This document shows positions 12,950 through 28,081 of a stretch of DNA of 64,000 nt, one piece after another. Source of the DNA: Eledone cirrhosa. Taxonomy: Eukaryota. The translations under genes were made by a program, and so were the position numbers. Positions within the stretch are counted from its first letter, which is position 1. Each line of letters opens with the position of its first letter. The notes beneath the pieces were generated by a model. That model made no database searches and was not told where the DNA came from. It saw only the letters and a list, made by a program, of their open reading frames with translations. Location of the stretch: contig OZ024754.1 in the NCBI GenBank assembly GCA_964016885.1, positions 5,208,001-5,272,000 of the forward strand, in the 5' to 3' direction.

Positions 12950-14170
12950 CGACAGATTCGTTTCATTTAAATATATGTTTATCGCTATTTCCTAATGCTG
13001 TTGATATAATTATCAACTATTCTACACTATAAACGCTAGTTGCATATAGTTATCACGCTATGTTGATATCATTATCACAGTTACAGTCCACATATTCCTT
13101 TGTGCATCTCATTAAAACAAGTTAGAATATGAGATGATTATTATTGCAATTACTGTTGGCGTGCATCAGAAAATATTTGGATACACTGATGTGGTATCGA
13201 GACCAGGCTACGTGCAGACTGTTTCAAATCAGGGTTCATAGTACCTCGTTGCGTTTGTAATAGATCCTGGATCATACTGCGGTCACTGTAGCCTGAAGAT
13301 GTTCGTCGTCTCCACGCAAAACGTGTGTGGGTGTTTTATCCTATCTTATTCTATGTTCATTGAATATATTTCTGGTTTTTATTTCATTTCTAATCATCAC
13401 TTTTAATTTCTTGACATTACAGATACATTCCGAGGTGATTTAATTAAAGAGTTTATTTTCGTGGTGAATGTTGATCTTCTTTGTTGGTGTTTAGGATTTT
13501 GTGCCTTTTTTTCGTAAATATATGATATATATTTGGATTGTTTTTCGGGGGTTATGTGAAATATATGAACCAAATAATTCGAGATGAATTTCAACAAGAG
13601 TCAACATCCATTTGATATAGAGAAAGATGTTCTTATAAAGCAGTATATGTTCGAACGTAATTGAATAAGATAGAGTTAAAGCTTTCCTCGAGAACATTTC
13701 GTTTTCAAGAATTTATATTGCAATTTATGTATCCTGATATAACTGGAAATATTTTATTTCTATTCGGCAAGAGGTTCTATTGATAGTTTCCAGTTATATT
13801 GTTTTACTAATTCTTGTTTCCCTTCCGGAAAGAATCCATTGTTTTCTTCGTTATCACATATGTTGTTGTATAAGTCAAACTGCTTTTACAGAAACATTGA
13901 TGTCAATATCTTCATATAGGAGCATTGGCAACATTTTTATACGGTTTGATAGAGTGCTTCCATTAAATATAACGGCTCTCTGCACTGTTGGCTTTCAAAT
14001 CCCTTCGTAATCAGTTATGGCTTTCGTTCTTTTAAAGTGGAAAAAGGATGCTTTCTCAAACCTCGCAAAATCACACTATGGAAGAAACCCGGCGTGTCCA
14101 GGTTCTGTTGAGCACATGTTCTCGACTAGGTTTTACGTGCTCCAGCCCCAGCATTCGGTACATCACGACA
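12950..14170 (-). pseudogene. Possible decayed PLE remnant
   Basis: Frame-broken minus-strand segment near 13920-13975 (IFNG...) resembles the PLE RT motif FNG.FY.Q..G.AMG. An isolated CTGAAGA lies at ~13293. Confidence 0.25.
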
Positions 14171-14203
14171 GAGACCCTAAAATTCCATTAGGGGAGATCC
14201 TCA

Positions 14204-14255
<52 letters not shown>

Positions 14256-14383
14256 TGGCATTCAGTTCTCAAACTGGTTAACCAATACTATAAATATATA
14301 TATACATATGTGTGTGTGTGTGTGTACATATATATATGTACATATATGTAAATATATATACATATACTTGTATATACATATAT

Positions 14384-14506
<123 letters not shown>

Positions 14507-14849
14507 CATGTATATATATACATATATGTGTGTGTGTTTGTATGTACGCGTTTCTGTATATATATATACATATATACATACATATATAGAAGTATAAATA
14601 TGGATACAAAAAGTATAAGTATAAGATGGACAGCTATACATACAGATAAAAATATAGAGAAGCAATTAAGGACACAGAATTTTCATTAAAAATTGAAAAG
14701 CTGCCTGCCAGGCGCTTAAACTGGTCAATCCCATAAGACGCATACTAGCACGTACACACACAGGTATATACACTCACACACACACATATATGTATATAAA
14801 TGTACATTTTTTATATAAATACATACACCTATATATGCCTATATATATG

Positions 14850-14913
<64 letters not shown>

Positions 14914-14963
14914 GATGTATATAAATATATGTATAAATATGTATATACAGAGGTATATATATG

Positions 14964-14994
<31 letters not shown>

Positions 14995-15149
14995 ATGTAT
15001 ATGACTCCTCATTGATGTGTGTGCCCTGAAAGCAGTAGACATACACTGTCCATTCTGGGAAATTGCCGCCTATTTCCCCAACATCCACCATCTTCATCAC
15101 CTCCACCACATCACAGTCGGAAATCCATCATCCCCAATGTTCTACTGCG

Positions 15150-15198
<49 letters not shown>

Positions 15199-15261
15199 AT
15201 GTGTGTGTGTATGTACTGAGACACACATATATTTACATGCCTATACGGTTGAATGTGCGCT

Positions 15262-15303
<42 letters not shown>

Positions 15304-15451
15304 CGCATCCATTCATACATAAATTCATAGATACATATATATACATACATACATATATACATATATACATACATATATACATACATATACATACATACAT
15401 ACATACATACATACATACATACATACATACATACATACATACATACATACA

Positions 15452-15482
<31 letters not shown>

Positions 15483-15935
15483 GCATATATATATATACGC
15501 TTCAACACATATATAGACTAATCAATAAAAATAAATAAAAATAAGCAGGAACGTAAAATGTCTGTTTTTCACATTTCATTGTCATGATTTATTTTAGTTT
15601 ATTTTATTTTATAAAATTATTTATATTAGTTTTTACTTTACTTTATTTCACTCAAACTTCGACCCCACACTCTACTTCTTTGCAGCTAATACTGTCCCTC
15701 CTGCTCTCTCTCTCTCTCTCTCTGCCTCACTGCCTCTCACTGCTTCCCACTGCCTCAAACAATCTTAATCACCACCTCTCACTGTCTCACATTGCTTTTT
15801 CCCACAAACAACAAGGGCCTACACACGAAAAATCCCCAAACACATATATTCACTGAAAGATTGGATAACCAAGGAGACTTCTTTTATTTTTCAGAAAGTA
15901 TAATACATGTATGTAAACATATATATATGTATAAG

Positions 15936-16157
<222 letters not shown>

Positions 16158-16193
16158 TATATATATATATATGTCTTTATATATATATAAGTA

Positions 16194-16244
<51 letters not shown>

Positions 16245-16376
16245 TGGCCATGTGATTATATATATATATATATATATAGCCACATGGCCAACGACTTAAA
16301 AAAAATCAGGATACGGCGAAGATGAACCCTACCGAATAAAAGTGAAAACCCCAACTAAAAAATAAAATAAGTACGA

Positions 16377-16437
<61 letters not shown>

Positions 16438-17009
16438 GGGCTGGTTGCCGTTGTTGTCTTGAGGGTGGATGTGTAGGGAAAACTTGTGACTATGAGCATG
16501 ATCATGTGACAAGGGGCTGAAAGAAAAAAAATATTAAAACAGGATGTAATAACGTAAAGTGATATACAAAATAAATAAAAAAATTGGGAATGATAGGGTG
16601 GGGTAGCATGGACAGCAATTTGAAAGTATGAGATAGGAATTAAGGAATGTTATAGTGGACATAGCGGTAAAATATATTTGGGAGACATTTAAAAAAAAAC
16701 ACCGAATCTCTCAGCACTCCTCTCTTTCTCTCTCCCTCTCACTTTCTTATTGTATTCCTCTTTTTATCTCTTTTCGAATCTGTTTGTTTTATTTCTCTAA
16801 ATTTCTCCATCTTTTGTCTTATCCTTTAGTTTGTCTCCTGTGTTACGCCATTCTTTATTTTCTCTGCTACTCTGTTGTCAGTTCACTCTCTCTGTCTCTC
16901 TCTCTCTGTCTCTCTCTCTCTGACTCTCTCTCTCTCTTTCTCTCTCCTTCCCCCAGTCTTTCACTTTCTCTGTCTTTCTGTCTGGTCCAATCTTTCTCTC
17001 ACTCCATAT

Positions 17010-17060
<51 letters not shown>

Positions 17061-17078
17061 TATACATATATATATATA

Positions 17079-17127
<49 letters not shown>

Positions 17128-17513
17128 ATGTGTGTGTGTGTACATATGCATGCTCGTGTGTTTCTGTGTGAGTGAGTGTATATAAGTGTGTGTGTGTATG
17201 ACATGCGCATATTTTATTCTCACGTTGAAGAAACAGCCATCAAATACCCAGGGAAAAAAAGTGTTTTGAAGAAATGTAAAACAAAATTTGTAATTGTATT
17301 GTGAGAACTATAGGATGGTAAACGTTCTTGGTTTCGTTACTGGCCTTACTATATTCAGAACAAGATGATGAAAGTTTGCTGTCATTAGTGTCAATAAAAT
17401 TATACGTATGAGGTTTCATCTCAAAAGCATGGTCGTGAAAATAGGTTTATATGATGTAATATATTTATGCTTGTATTCTTGAAATGATCTTATATAATAT
17501 ATATATATATATA

Positions 17514-17780
17514 TCTAGGGCGGGGAAATCCCCGAAATCCATAGACGAGTTCTCTCCAGCGGTCTCTGTCCCTCATCATTGTTGCCATATTCTGCGTCTC
17601 CAAGAAACCAGTGTCTGTCCTTAGGGTATCAACGTATGTCAACCTCGGTCTCCCTCTTCCGGTGTGTCCGTGTAGGGACTCCCACGGGAGCACTGAGTGT
17701 AGTGTCAACTCTGGATGTCGGGTGAGCCTGCCCAGCTAAACTCAATCTCCTCTGTGCTACTCTCGATCTGACTTTTGTGT
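17514..17780 (-). mobile_element. RTE-clade LINE 3' fragment
   Basis: RRLSLAG..RHPELTLHSVLPWESLHGHTGRGRPRLTYVDTLRTDTG..MRDRDRWRELV matches the typical RTE C-terminus. Ends in (TA)n. Confidence 0.85.
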
Positions 17781-17829
17781 AAAATATATATATAAGTTTT
17801 ATATATATATATATATATATATAAGTTGT

Positions 17830-18766
17830 GTAAAAATGCCTTTCAGTTTTTGAATTAACTTAATCGGTTTCAAAATGTTATGATATTCAAAAGTATATTG
17901 AGGTAATTGGACGTAAATCTCTGCAGTATATGTCTCGATTCTGACCGTAGTTTGACCTTCGTTTTCATAGAGAGAACGCGAGGTCAGTCGTAATATTTTG
18001 TTATTTGCTAACGACGACTGCGCATTATGGTCACGAGGCAATTCAAAATAAATATGCGCAAAAGGTTTATGAGTTTGTGGTCCACTGAATGTCTCATGTG
18101 ACAGGCTAAAATTAAGCCTGTATAAATTTCGTGAAGATCTCTTGTGATATAATGAGGAAATGTATGTATTTGTATGTGTTTGTGGGTATATAATTATCTC
18201 TGTTTGTGTGAGAGTAGTGGGTGTATCTTGTTAGAGAATAAATAAAAATTTAGCCAGTAGACACACACCTCCTGTCATGAATACGTTCACCAATGGCAAT
18301 TCACTTGATTACTAAAATAAACATTTATCAAATCTTCACCAGTCCGATATTCCCTTAAGGAGTACAATCCGTGGTCATTGAGTGGCATTGAACACTACAG
18401 TTCCTCCAATTACATCCCTAGGTGATTTTACAAGAATGCTCATTTGTGGGAGTAAGACAATAGAATTGTTTAAAAAGACAATTCAAAGAATCATTCGTAT
18501 GACAATCAATAGTTAAGTGTGTGTTAGTAAACTTAACGCACGGAGTATTAAAATATTAACTAGAGACGGTGGATCATCCATCAGAGTCAGCGAATAGCTA
18601 TCAATTGCTTGGTCAACTGAATGTCTAAATTGAACATTTATATGTGTATATCTAGACAGATACACACAAACACAGAACACGGACAAATCGACTCACTTAC
18701 GGACATACAGACACACATCCCCCACCCCACCCCCACACACTCACACACACATACACATACACACAA

Positions 18767-18802
<36 letters not shown>

Positions 18803-19125
18803 CTTTCATAACTTTCGGCCAAAATTGGACCAAGCCATGTCTAACCTAATAACACCACCTGGGATATATATATATATATATATATTAGTATTCCCAAGAA
18901 TGTATACATCCTTCAACAGCATTCTAATAAATATTGCCTGTACAGGTAATCAATGTGTGTATACATTTTTGGGGACAACCTATAAGTATATATATATGTC
19001 TTTAATGCTTAGAAATGTCCGTGATCTCCAGCAAACAAGGCAAACTTCACCCGTTCGTGCCTTCCTCTTATTTATAAATGCACTTTATCCACCAACTACA
19101 CAGCCCCTATTTCTTCCCAAAATCC

Positions 19126-19208
<83 letters not shown>

Positions 19209-19440
19209 ACCACAATTTATTCAAAGATTTTTTGGCAACAAGATTCTATTTAATGATGATTAAATTCTAAATTTTCTTCAACATTTTTCTCCTTGACCGC
19301 ATACCTACCACCGTACTTGATTTTACATTCATTTATTAAAAGTACAATTATTTTCTCCGCAAGACCTTTAATTATTATTCGGATAGCTACGTTCTAACTT
19401 CGAACTGCCATTGTGACTTGTACTTATTGTTCTTGTCCAA
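17830..19440 (-). pseudogene. Decayed Penelope-like element (RT + GIY-YIG remnants), interrupted by microsatellites
   Basis: Frame-broken minus-strand motifs in the expected order: ..TMAVRS..YPN..GLAEK (cf. GTAMG..YAN..G.LEE); ..KDVYILG (cf. RYLDD.FI.W); PSLVNILI (cf. PFLDILI); NKILRLTSRSLYENEGQTTVRI (cf. GIY-YIG NVIY.L.C..C...YIGQT). Confidence 0.5.
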
Positions 19441-19578
19441 ATATAGATATATAGGTAAATATACATAGGTAGATGACTTTAGATTAAAAATCTATGTGGA
19501 CGGATAGATAAATATGGAGGTAGATATAAAATGTAAGTAAAAATATAGACATTGATATGCATAGAGAGAAACATACGT

Positions 19579-19777
<199 letters not shown>

Positions 19778-19926
19778 ATGTGTGTGTGTATGGTTTTGTG
19801 TTAAAAAGGAAAATATCCAGGTACAGTTTGGCACACAAACCTAGCCCAGGTAGATCGGGACTTGGTCCTTGTGTTTTATTAAATATATATATATGTCTCT
19901 CTCTCTTCCCCCCCCCCCTCTCTCTC

Positions 19927-20008
<82 letters not shown>

Positions 20009-20369
20009 CTCCCTCTCTCTCTCTCTCGCTGATCAGTGTGGAGTCTGTGCGAATGTACCTATATACGTTGAAGTATGTATGGGATAATATTTGCATGTTT
20101 ACTTGGATTTTAATCACAAAATGTTGTAGTTTTATTTAGCACACGCAGACATACACTTAAGCGAACTTAAACACACAGTTTTCCCACACAAGCGATAAAC
20201 GGAACTAAAACCTTCCATTGTAAGCGTGTATTCTTCGTCCATTTAATTCGTAAAGAGCAAAAAGTTAAACATAAAAATGTACATTATTTGTTCGTATGTA
20301 GCAGTACATGTACACATACATATATATACTTGCAAACGCACACCCATAGACACACATATGCGCGCGTGT

Positions 20370-20428
<59 letters not shown>

Positions 20429-20702
20429 CAAACACACGCGCACACACACACATATATCATATATATCATTATTTATATATATACATTTACACATAAACAC
20501 AGACACACACAAATATATATATATATATATAGACATACATACATATATATGTATATAAATATTTATGTATATATATATATATATACATACATACATACGC
20601 ATATATATATATATATATATACACACATACACATGTATATGAATATATATATATATATATACATACATATATATATATATATACACACATATATATGTGT
20701 GC

Positions 20703-20742
<40 letters not shown>

Positions 20743-20980
20743 GCATATATATATACATATATATATAAATATATACCACATTTGAGAGTGAAAGTGAGAT
20801 AAATGTATTTTGTAAGGATTGATAAATGTATATAGGTACAATACGCTAATGGATTAGAAGCAGTGGAAAGGATTTTGGATAAGATTAGGTAGAAATGTCA
20901 GCGTAAATTGAAAAGGTAGAAGTAAATTTTTAGTAAAATTTTAGCAAAGTGGAAAAAGAAAGTTAAGCAGTTTAAAATGA

Positions 20981-21100
<120 letters not shown>

Positions 21101-21133
21101 TATAATATATATATAATATATATATAAAATATG

Positions 21134-21182
<49 letters not shown>

Positions 21183-21881
21183 CGCCACTGAATGTATGTA
21201 TGTATACATATATATATATATAGAGAGAGAGAGAGAGTAAAGAGAGAGAGAGAGAGAAAGAGATGTATATTTATGTGTGTTTATATATATTCGTATGTAT
21301 GCATATATGTAGGTAAGTAGGTATGTATGAATATATGTATGATGTGTGAACGTATGGAATGTATTTATGTATGTATACATGTATACATGTATATATGTAT
21401 ATATACATGTATATATGTATATATGTATATATGTATATATGTATATATATATATATATATATGAATGTAAGTATGTATCTATGTATGTATAAATGTTAAA
21501 AAATAAAGAATTGTTTAATATAGCTTTAATGGAGTAAAAGTGAAATAGAAAAAATTAAAAGGCGGAAAGTGTGAAAAAATAGGAATGGTGTTTAAAGTAT
21601 TTTTAAAGGAAGACTGAGAGTGGAAGGAAATATTGACATGTAAGACGAAAATTAAGTGAAGCATAAATGAGATATTATGAAAAGAATATAAATGTATACA
21701 CATATATACACGCGCACACACACATATATATATATATATATATTTATATATTTATGTATATATATATATATACATACTTATATGAATATCTACAGACTTA
21801 TATACATATTTACATACAGGCATAAATATATACATATATACATACATACATTCATACACATGAACATATACACACACGTAC

Positions 21882-21939
<58 letters not shown>

Positions 21940-22007
21940 GCAAGCATACATACATAAAAGTATAGATTTCTACGTACAAATCTATAAATATCTACCTATC
22001 TATCTAA

Positions 22008-22182
<175 letters not shown>

Positions 22183-22363
22183 CTATTGTGAGTGCATAAA
22201 TATATATGCATACATTAACGCATAAAAACTAATAAACATACCTACATACATAGACATACATGTATACATACATGCATACATGCATACATACATACATACA
22301 TACATACATACATACATACATACATACATACATACATACATACATACATACATACATACATAC

Positions 22364-22900
22364 ATGAGACACGATGGGATAGCTAGAACCATCTGGAACG
22401 AACTTCGGTAAACAAAATTAAAAACAAACGAGGGAGAATATATTGAGACAGATAGCACTTAAAGAATACTGGTGGAACCTGAAGATAAAAACTGCCACCA
22501 AGCTAAAGCACAACCGGCCTGATATTTGTGTTTGGGACCACATATTGAAAGCTGCCCACTGGATGTAAACGTTGTCAGAAAATTACAGGAGAATTAGGAC
22601 ATCTACGGACCATTGATGAGGAGTTTACAAATCCAGTATCCAAGATACAACTTTAGCTGCATACCCATCATTATTGGAGCTACCAACCCGCTTGGACCAA
22701 TGTATAACTGAACTTGGATTTGCGGACAAAGAGCGCAAATCCCCAATTCATAGTCTACAAATGGCTGCGAAAGCTGGCACCTTCAAAATGTGCAAAACAT
22801 TCTTGCGATTCAAGGGATGACAATTTCTTTTTTTTTTACAACATTGCCACCAGGAAGGTGACCGGTCAAAAATATACTCGAAATTAAGAGAAAGAGATAA
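22364..22900 (+). mobile_element. R4/Dong-like non-LTR retrotransposon 3' fragment (restriction-like endonuclease domain)
   Basis: MRHDGIARTIWNELR..YWWNLKIKTATKLKHNRPDICVWD..SCPLDVNVV..YGPLMRSLQIQYP..IPIIIGA..LQMAAKAGTFKMCKTFLRFKG*. RHD and PD motifs of the RLE domain, with stops and frameshifts. Flanked on both sides by (CATA)n. Confidence 0.85.
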
Positions 22901-22921
22901 ACATACATACATACATACATA

Positions 22922-23530
22922 CATGGTGGCTGCCAACTCGTTTTCGAGTACGGCCACTACTTTATATTCATGTAGGAGAACTCCTACCGATGCGCTGAAC
23001 GAGTGTGTCTTTTTAGTCTAGCCAGCGACTAGAAAACTCTGGTACAAACACTACACTTGTGACAAATATTGACACAGTGCTGGGCCCATGGTACCATGTG
23101 ACGACAAGTGCAGAGAGATCTCCAGATATAAAGCAATGCCTGTGCCGTGAAGCTTTTATAGTGAGCAAAGGCACTGCACAAAGCCAGTCCCACTCTCTTA
23201 ACCAAGATGATATTTACCAAAAAGAAGAACAAGTCAACATCATTGGATACCATCAGGGTTGCAGGTGTTATATAAGAGTTTTCTTTCTCCTAGAATTCTG
23301 CCTTGACAAAGGGTAAGGGGTCATCTCTCCCAGTGATTTTGGATGGCCATTGACTATTAAGAGCTCCTTTGCCCTTTGACAGGTTTTGTTTTTAGTCCTG
23401 CAGGATGTCCAAAGTCACCCTTCTCACCAAGGAACCTTGGTGGGGTTGCCAGTTTAGTCGCCAACGACCCGACCATGAGACAGGTTGTACTGGGATACAT
23501 ATTAGCAGTAGCATCAACTGGTGACCTGAC
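22922..23530 (-). mobile_element. ~610-bp non-autonomous retroelement, longest copy
   Basis: Highly similar to 26470-26793 and 26808-27360 (opposite strand). 3' stem-loop actcg-aaaa-cgagt, then an (ATGT)n tail. No recognisable coding capacity. Confidence 0.8.
23449..23526 (-). ncRNA. Candidate degenerate HDV-like ribozyme at element 5' end
   Basis: Partial fit: P1 ggtca/tggtc, P2 ccagt/actgg, CC..GG for P1.1, P4 tcg-ttgg-cga, J4/2 CTAA. P3 forms only if two CpA are restored to CpG. Confidence 0.3.
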
Positions 23531-24632
23531 ATAACATACATACATACATACAAACAAATATACCTACCTACCAACATACATACATGTTATTGTCGCCTAC
23601 AATACTGACACCGGGGTCACGTTTGTTTGTAATGGAGTTTGTATGATCGTACTGGGATATGTGGCAACAGGTTATATTTGGAACAGTGCGTCTGAAGTTT
23701 GACGGAAATTATGGTAGAGCAACCCATGGACAAGAGGGCTACTAAACCAACGTTAACCCAGACTAAATCACGAAAACTATTACTTATATCAATACTACTA
23801 AACCTGGACTGACACGGACTATATATCAAAACATATACTATTCCTTAAATCACACCTTTAGGGATAGGACATGAAGGAGAAAAAGACCGTTTGTCTGTTC
23901 CTGGAATATCTTGCATTGCGATCTTGCTCGATGAGCCGACAAAAAAGGAAACGTATTCCAGTCCTATTTATGTCATTTGTGTATTATCCAGGCAGTATTT
24001 CCAGGACTGCGATATGACATATATCATTTTGATGTTTCTAAACATAAGGATATGGTTTGAATGAGATTCATCGACTTATTTCAGCAGGGGAACCACGTTG
24101 TTACGTGAATCGGACATTACTGTATAGGTACCACGGTGAGGTTGTTTAGATTTCTTAACATTTGAAGAAATGAGAGAAGGGTCTTTAGTCTCCCATGTTT
24201 CTTGCTGAGACAAAAATAGATTTGAAAAGCCACCGAATATGGACGTGACTTAAAATGATTATATTATCAGATTTTTTCAATTATTTAGTTAAATAAAGAA
24301 GGGTAGAGAGCTATGACCTTTACAGGAACCCGCCTTTCAATCTGGGAGAGTTTGATGTTCAGTTCAAACTACTGAAGGTCGATGCCCGTAGGATAAATAG
24401 TAGGTGAAGAAAGCAATCCAGAAGACAGCAATTCAATGTGTATGAATTATTTAGTGCGGAATTTGGTGAAAATAAACCAAAGGAGAGATGATGTGAGCAG
24501 AGAGAGAAAGATAAATAAGGAAATATAGTTAAAAATAAGAGGAAAAGCCTGTGATTGAGAGATAGGGATAGTGAAGGAGAGTTAAAGAGAGTGGATTATA
24601 TATGTGTATGTGTGGTGGCGGGTGTGTGTGTG

Positions 24633-24674
<42 letters not shown>

Positions 24675-24922
24675 CGTGTGTGCATGTGTGCGTGTGTGTC
24701 TCAATTTAAATAGGTTAAAAGAAATAATTAGAGAGATGGAGGAGAAATGGAATAAGAACATGTATTAACACACCCACACACTTATATACATAGACACATA
24801 CATACATGCTTACATAAAAATATACGTACATGCACACACATGCGTACATACATACGTACATACATAAGTCCACACTTATACACATACACATACATACACA
24901 GGCATTTACATACGTGCATACG

Positions 24923-24974
<52 letters not shown>

Positions 24975-25017
24975 GGAATACTGTTGGCTTTTTGCTACAA
25001 TATTTTCTAAACCTTTC

Positions 25018-25108
<91 letters not shown>

Positions 25109-25234
25109 AACTTACATATTTATGTGTATACATGCTTAACACACTTACATATACGTAATAATGAACAGGGGAAAATCTTAAGAAGAATTAAAATTGGAAG
25201 GAAAGATAAAATAGATAGATACATATACATATAT

Positions 25235-25288
<54 letters not shown>

Positions 25289-25588
25289 TTAGAGATTAGA
25301 GGAATAGATAGATTTGAAGCGAATTGGAAAGACCGGAGTATAGAAAGCCAGTATATTTGAAATAGATGAAAGAAAATAAAAGAAGCTGAAAGTGAAAAAG
25401 GAAGGAAACATTCATTGCAAAGAAGGAAATGAAGGAATGAAAATTAATTGGTGGGTTGAAGTCCTCTTAGGAAAAGATAATGTATAAATCTAGAGAATGA
25501 TAATGATAAAAGTCAACAGAGGCAGGTAGTAGATTAAATTTGTGACATGTTGAGGTCAGTGAGATTGTTAAGACGAGAAGTTTGGTTG

Positions 25589-25620
<32 letters not shown>

Positions 25621-26469
25621 TGTATGTATGTATGTATGTATGTATTTATATATGTATGTCTTATACATGTATGTATGTATGTATGCATGTATGTATGTAT
25701 TTATGTATTTATATATGTATGTATGTACTTATACATATATGTATGTATGTATGTATGTATGTCTGTATGTCTGTATGTCTGTATGTATTTATGTATGTAT
25801 GTATGTATGTATGTATGTATGTATGTATGTATTTATATATGTATGTATGTATGTACTTATACATGTATGTATGTACGTATGTATCTATGTATGTATGTTT
25901 GTGTGTATGAATGTATGTATGTACGTGTGTATGTATGTACGTGTGTATGTATGTGTGTGTGTATGTATGTATGTATGTATGTATGTATGTATGCGTGTAT
26001 CTATATATGCATGGAAAGAGAGAGAGAGATGAGGTAGGGGGAGGGATGAATATATAGAAGATAGATAGATACATACATACACACGTATAAAAGCACACAA
26101 CCACACACATACACATATATATATATATATATATATAGACATAGTTAGTGGGGAAAATACTGAAGAGGATAAAGAGATGTTGACACTTTTATAGATTTAT
26201 ATATATATATGTGTGTGTGTATGTATGGGTGTGTGTGTGTATCAGAATAGAACCAGTTTAATAGTACACATGACACTTGGGTTTATATTTATGTATATAT
26301 GCATGCATGTATGTATGTGTGTATGTATATATGCATGTATGTATGTGTGTATGTATATATGCATGCATGTATGTATGTATGTATGCATGTATGTATGCAT
26401 ATATATATTATGTATGCATGTATGCATGTATGTATGTATATGTGTATGTATATATGTATGTATGTTTGT

Positions 26470-26793
26470 ATGATGTTGACTTGTTCTTCTTTTTGGTAAA
26501 TATCATCTTGGTTAAGAGAGTGGGACTGGCTTTGTGCAGTGCCTTTGCTCACTATAAAAGCTTCATGGCACAGGCATTGCTTTATATCGGGAGATCTCTC
26601 TGCACTTGTCGTCACATGGTACCATGGGCCCAACACTATGTGTCAATAATTGTCACAAGTGTAGTGTTAGTACCAGAGTTTTCAAGTCGCTGGCTGGACT
26701 AAAAAGTCACACTCGTTCAGCGCATCGGTAGGAGTTCTCCTACATGGATATAAAGTAGTGGCCGTACTCGAAAACGAGTTGGCAGCCACCATG
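26470..26793 (+). mobile_element. 5'-truncated copy of the ~610-bp element
   Basis: Reverse complement of 22922-23243, embedded in (TATG)n. Confidence 0.85.
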
Positions 26794-26807
26794 TATGTAT
26801 GTATGTA

Positions 26808-27360
26808 TCGGGTCGTTGGCGACTAAACTGGCAACCCCACCAAGGTTTCTTGGTGAGGAGGGTGACTTTGGACATCCTGCAGGACTAAAAACAAAACCTG
26901 TCAATGGGCAAAGGAGCGCTTAAGAGACAAAGGCAATCCAAAATCACCGGGAGAGATGACCCCTTAGCATTTGTTAAGGCAGAATTCTAGGAGAAGGAAA
27001 ACTCTGATATAACACCTGCAACCCTGATGGTATCCAATGATGTTGACGTGTTCTTCTTTTTGGTAAATATCATCTTGGTTAAGAGAGTGGGACTGGCTTT
27101 GTGCAGTGCCTTTGCTAACTAGAAAAGCTTCACGGCACAGGCATTGCTTAATATCTGGATATCTCTCTGCACTTGTCGTCACATGGTACCAAGGGCCCAG
27201 CACTATGTGTCAAAGTTTGTCACAGGTGTAGTGTTTGTACCAGAGTTTTCAAGTCACTGGGTCGACTAAAAAGTCACACTTGTTCAGCGCATTGGTAGGG
27301 GTTCTCCTATATGGATATAAAATAGTGGCCGTACTCGAAAACGAGTCGGCAGCCACCATG
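26808..27360 (+). mobile_element. Near-full copy of the ~610-bp element, in tandem with the previous copy
   Basis: Reverse complement of 22922-23472; starts within the (TATG)n tail of the previous copy. Confidence 0.85.
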
Positions 27361-27465
27361 TATGTATCCATGCATGTATGCATGTATGTATGCATATAAA
27401 CATATGTCCGTGAATTATTCATGTACTCATTACAGCTGATTTCTTGTTGTTGTTGTTGTTCTTCA

Positions 27466-27509
<44 letters not shown>

Positions 27510-27624
27510 GGAGGTAGAAAGAGTTGTTGGAAGTGATAGAGTGAGATAAAAATTATAGGGTTATCTCAGTAAATGACAGGTACTTCATTGAGCTAGAATG
27601 GTAGGTAGGCAAAATTAATCTGGA

Positions 27625-28009
27625 GGTGTTTTGGTCTCAGAACACTGAGTTTTGTGGGGAATTCTTCAAAAGATAAAGAAAATGTAAACTTAAGAATAGA
27701 AAGGAAATTTAAATGTTTTCATATTTTTTTTCTTTAGTGGCCGGCAGGAGACCGGGGAGTAGACCCCCGGGCAAAGATGGTTGAATAATATCCATGAGTT
27801 CGGCTGGTCTTGTTTGCGGATCAAGCCGGATCAATTGGAGACGGTTGCTTCTGACAGGACCAGCTGGGATAAGTGTTTGAGGACTTTGCTCTTACGACCC
27901 TCTCAGCAAACATTGGACGAAGACGAAGGGGCAGAAGAAGAAGAAGAAGAAGAAGAAGAAGAAGAAGAAGAAGAAGAAGAAGAAGAAGAAGAAGAAGAAG
28001 AAGAAGAAG

Positions 28010-28038
<29 letters not shown>
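27625..28038 (+). mobile_element. RTE (Expander/Rex3-like) 3' end with (GAA)n tail and a shared non-LINE leader
   Basis: GRRP.SRP..RWL.NIHEFGWSCLRIKPDQLETVASDRTSWDKCLRTLLLRP resembles the RTE C-terminus. The RTE part is near-identical to that in 60385-60804. Confidence 0.8.
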
Positions 28039-28040
<2 letters not shown>

Positions 28041-28081
28041 TTGGTCTTACAGCAATGAACATAGAAGAGAGACAGAATTAA

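Noticed and set aside
13285-13330. CTGAAGA...cgcAAAAcg hammerhead-like spacing
   Set aside because: Stems I-III cannot be formed.
23029-27203. Repeated ~70-85-aa ORFs (LGPWYHVTTSAERSPDIKQCLC...)
   Set aside because: They recur only because the non-autonomous element is repeated, and they show no recognisable motif.
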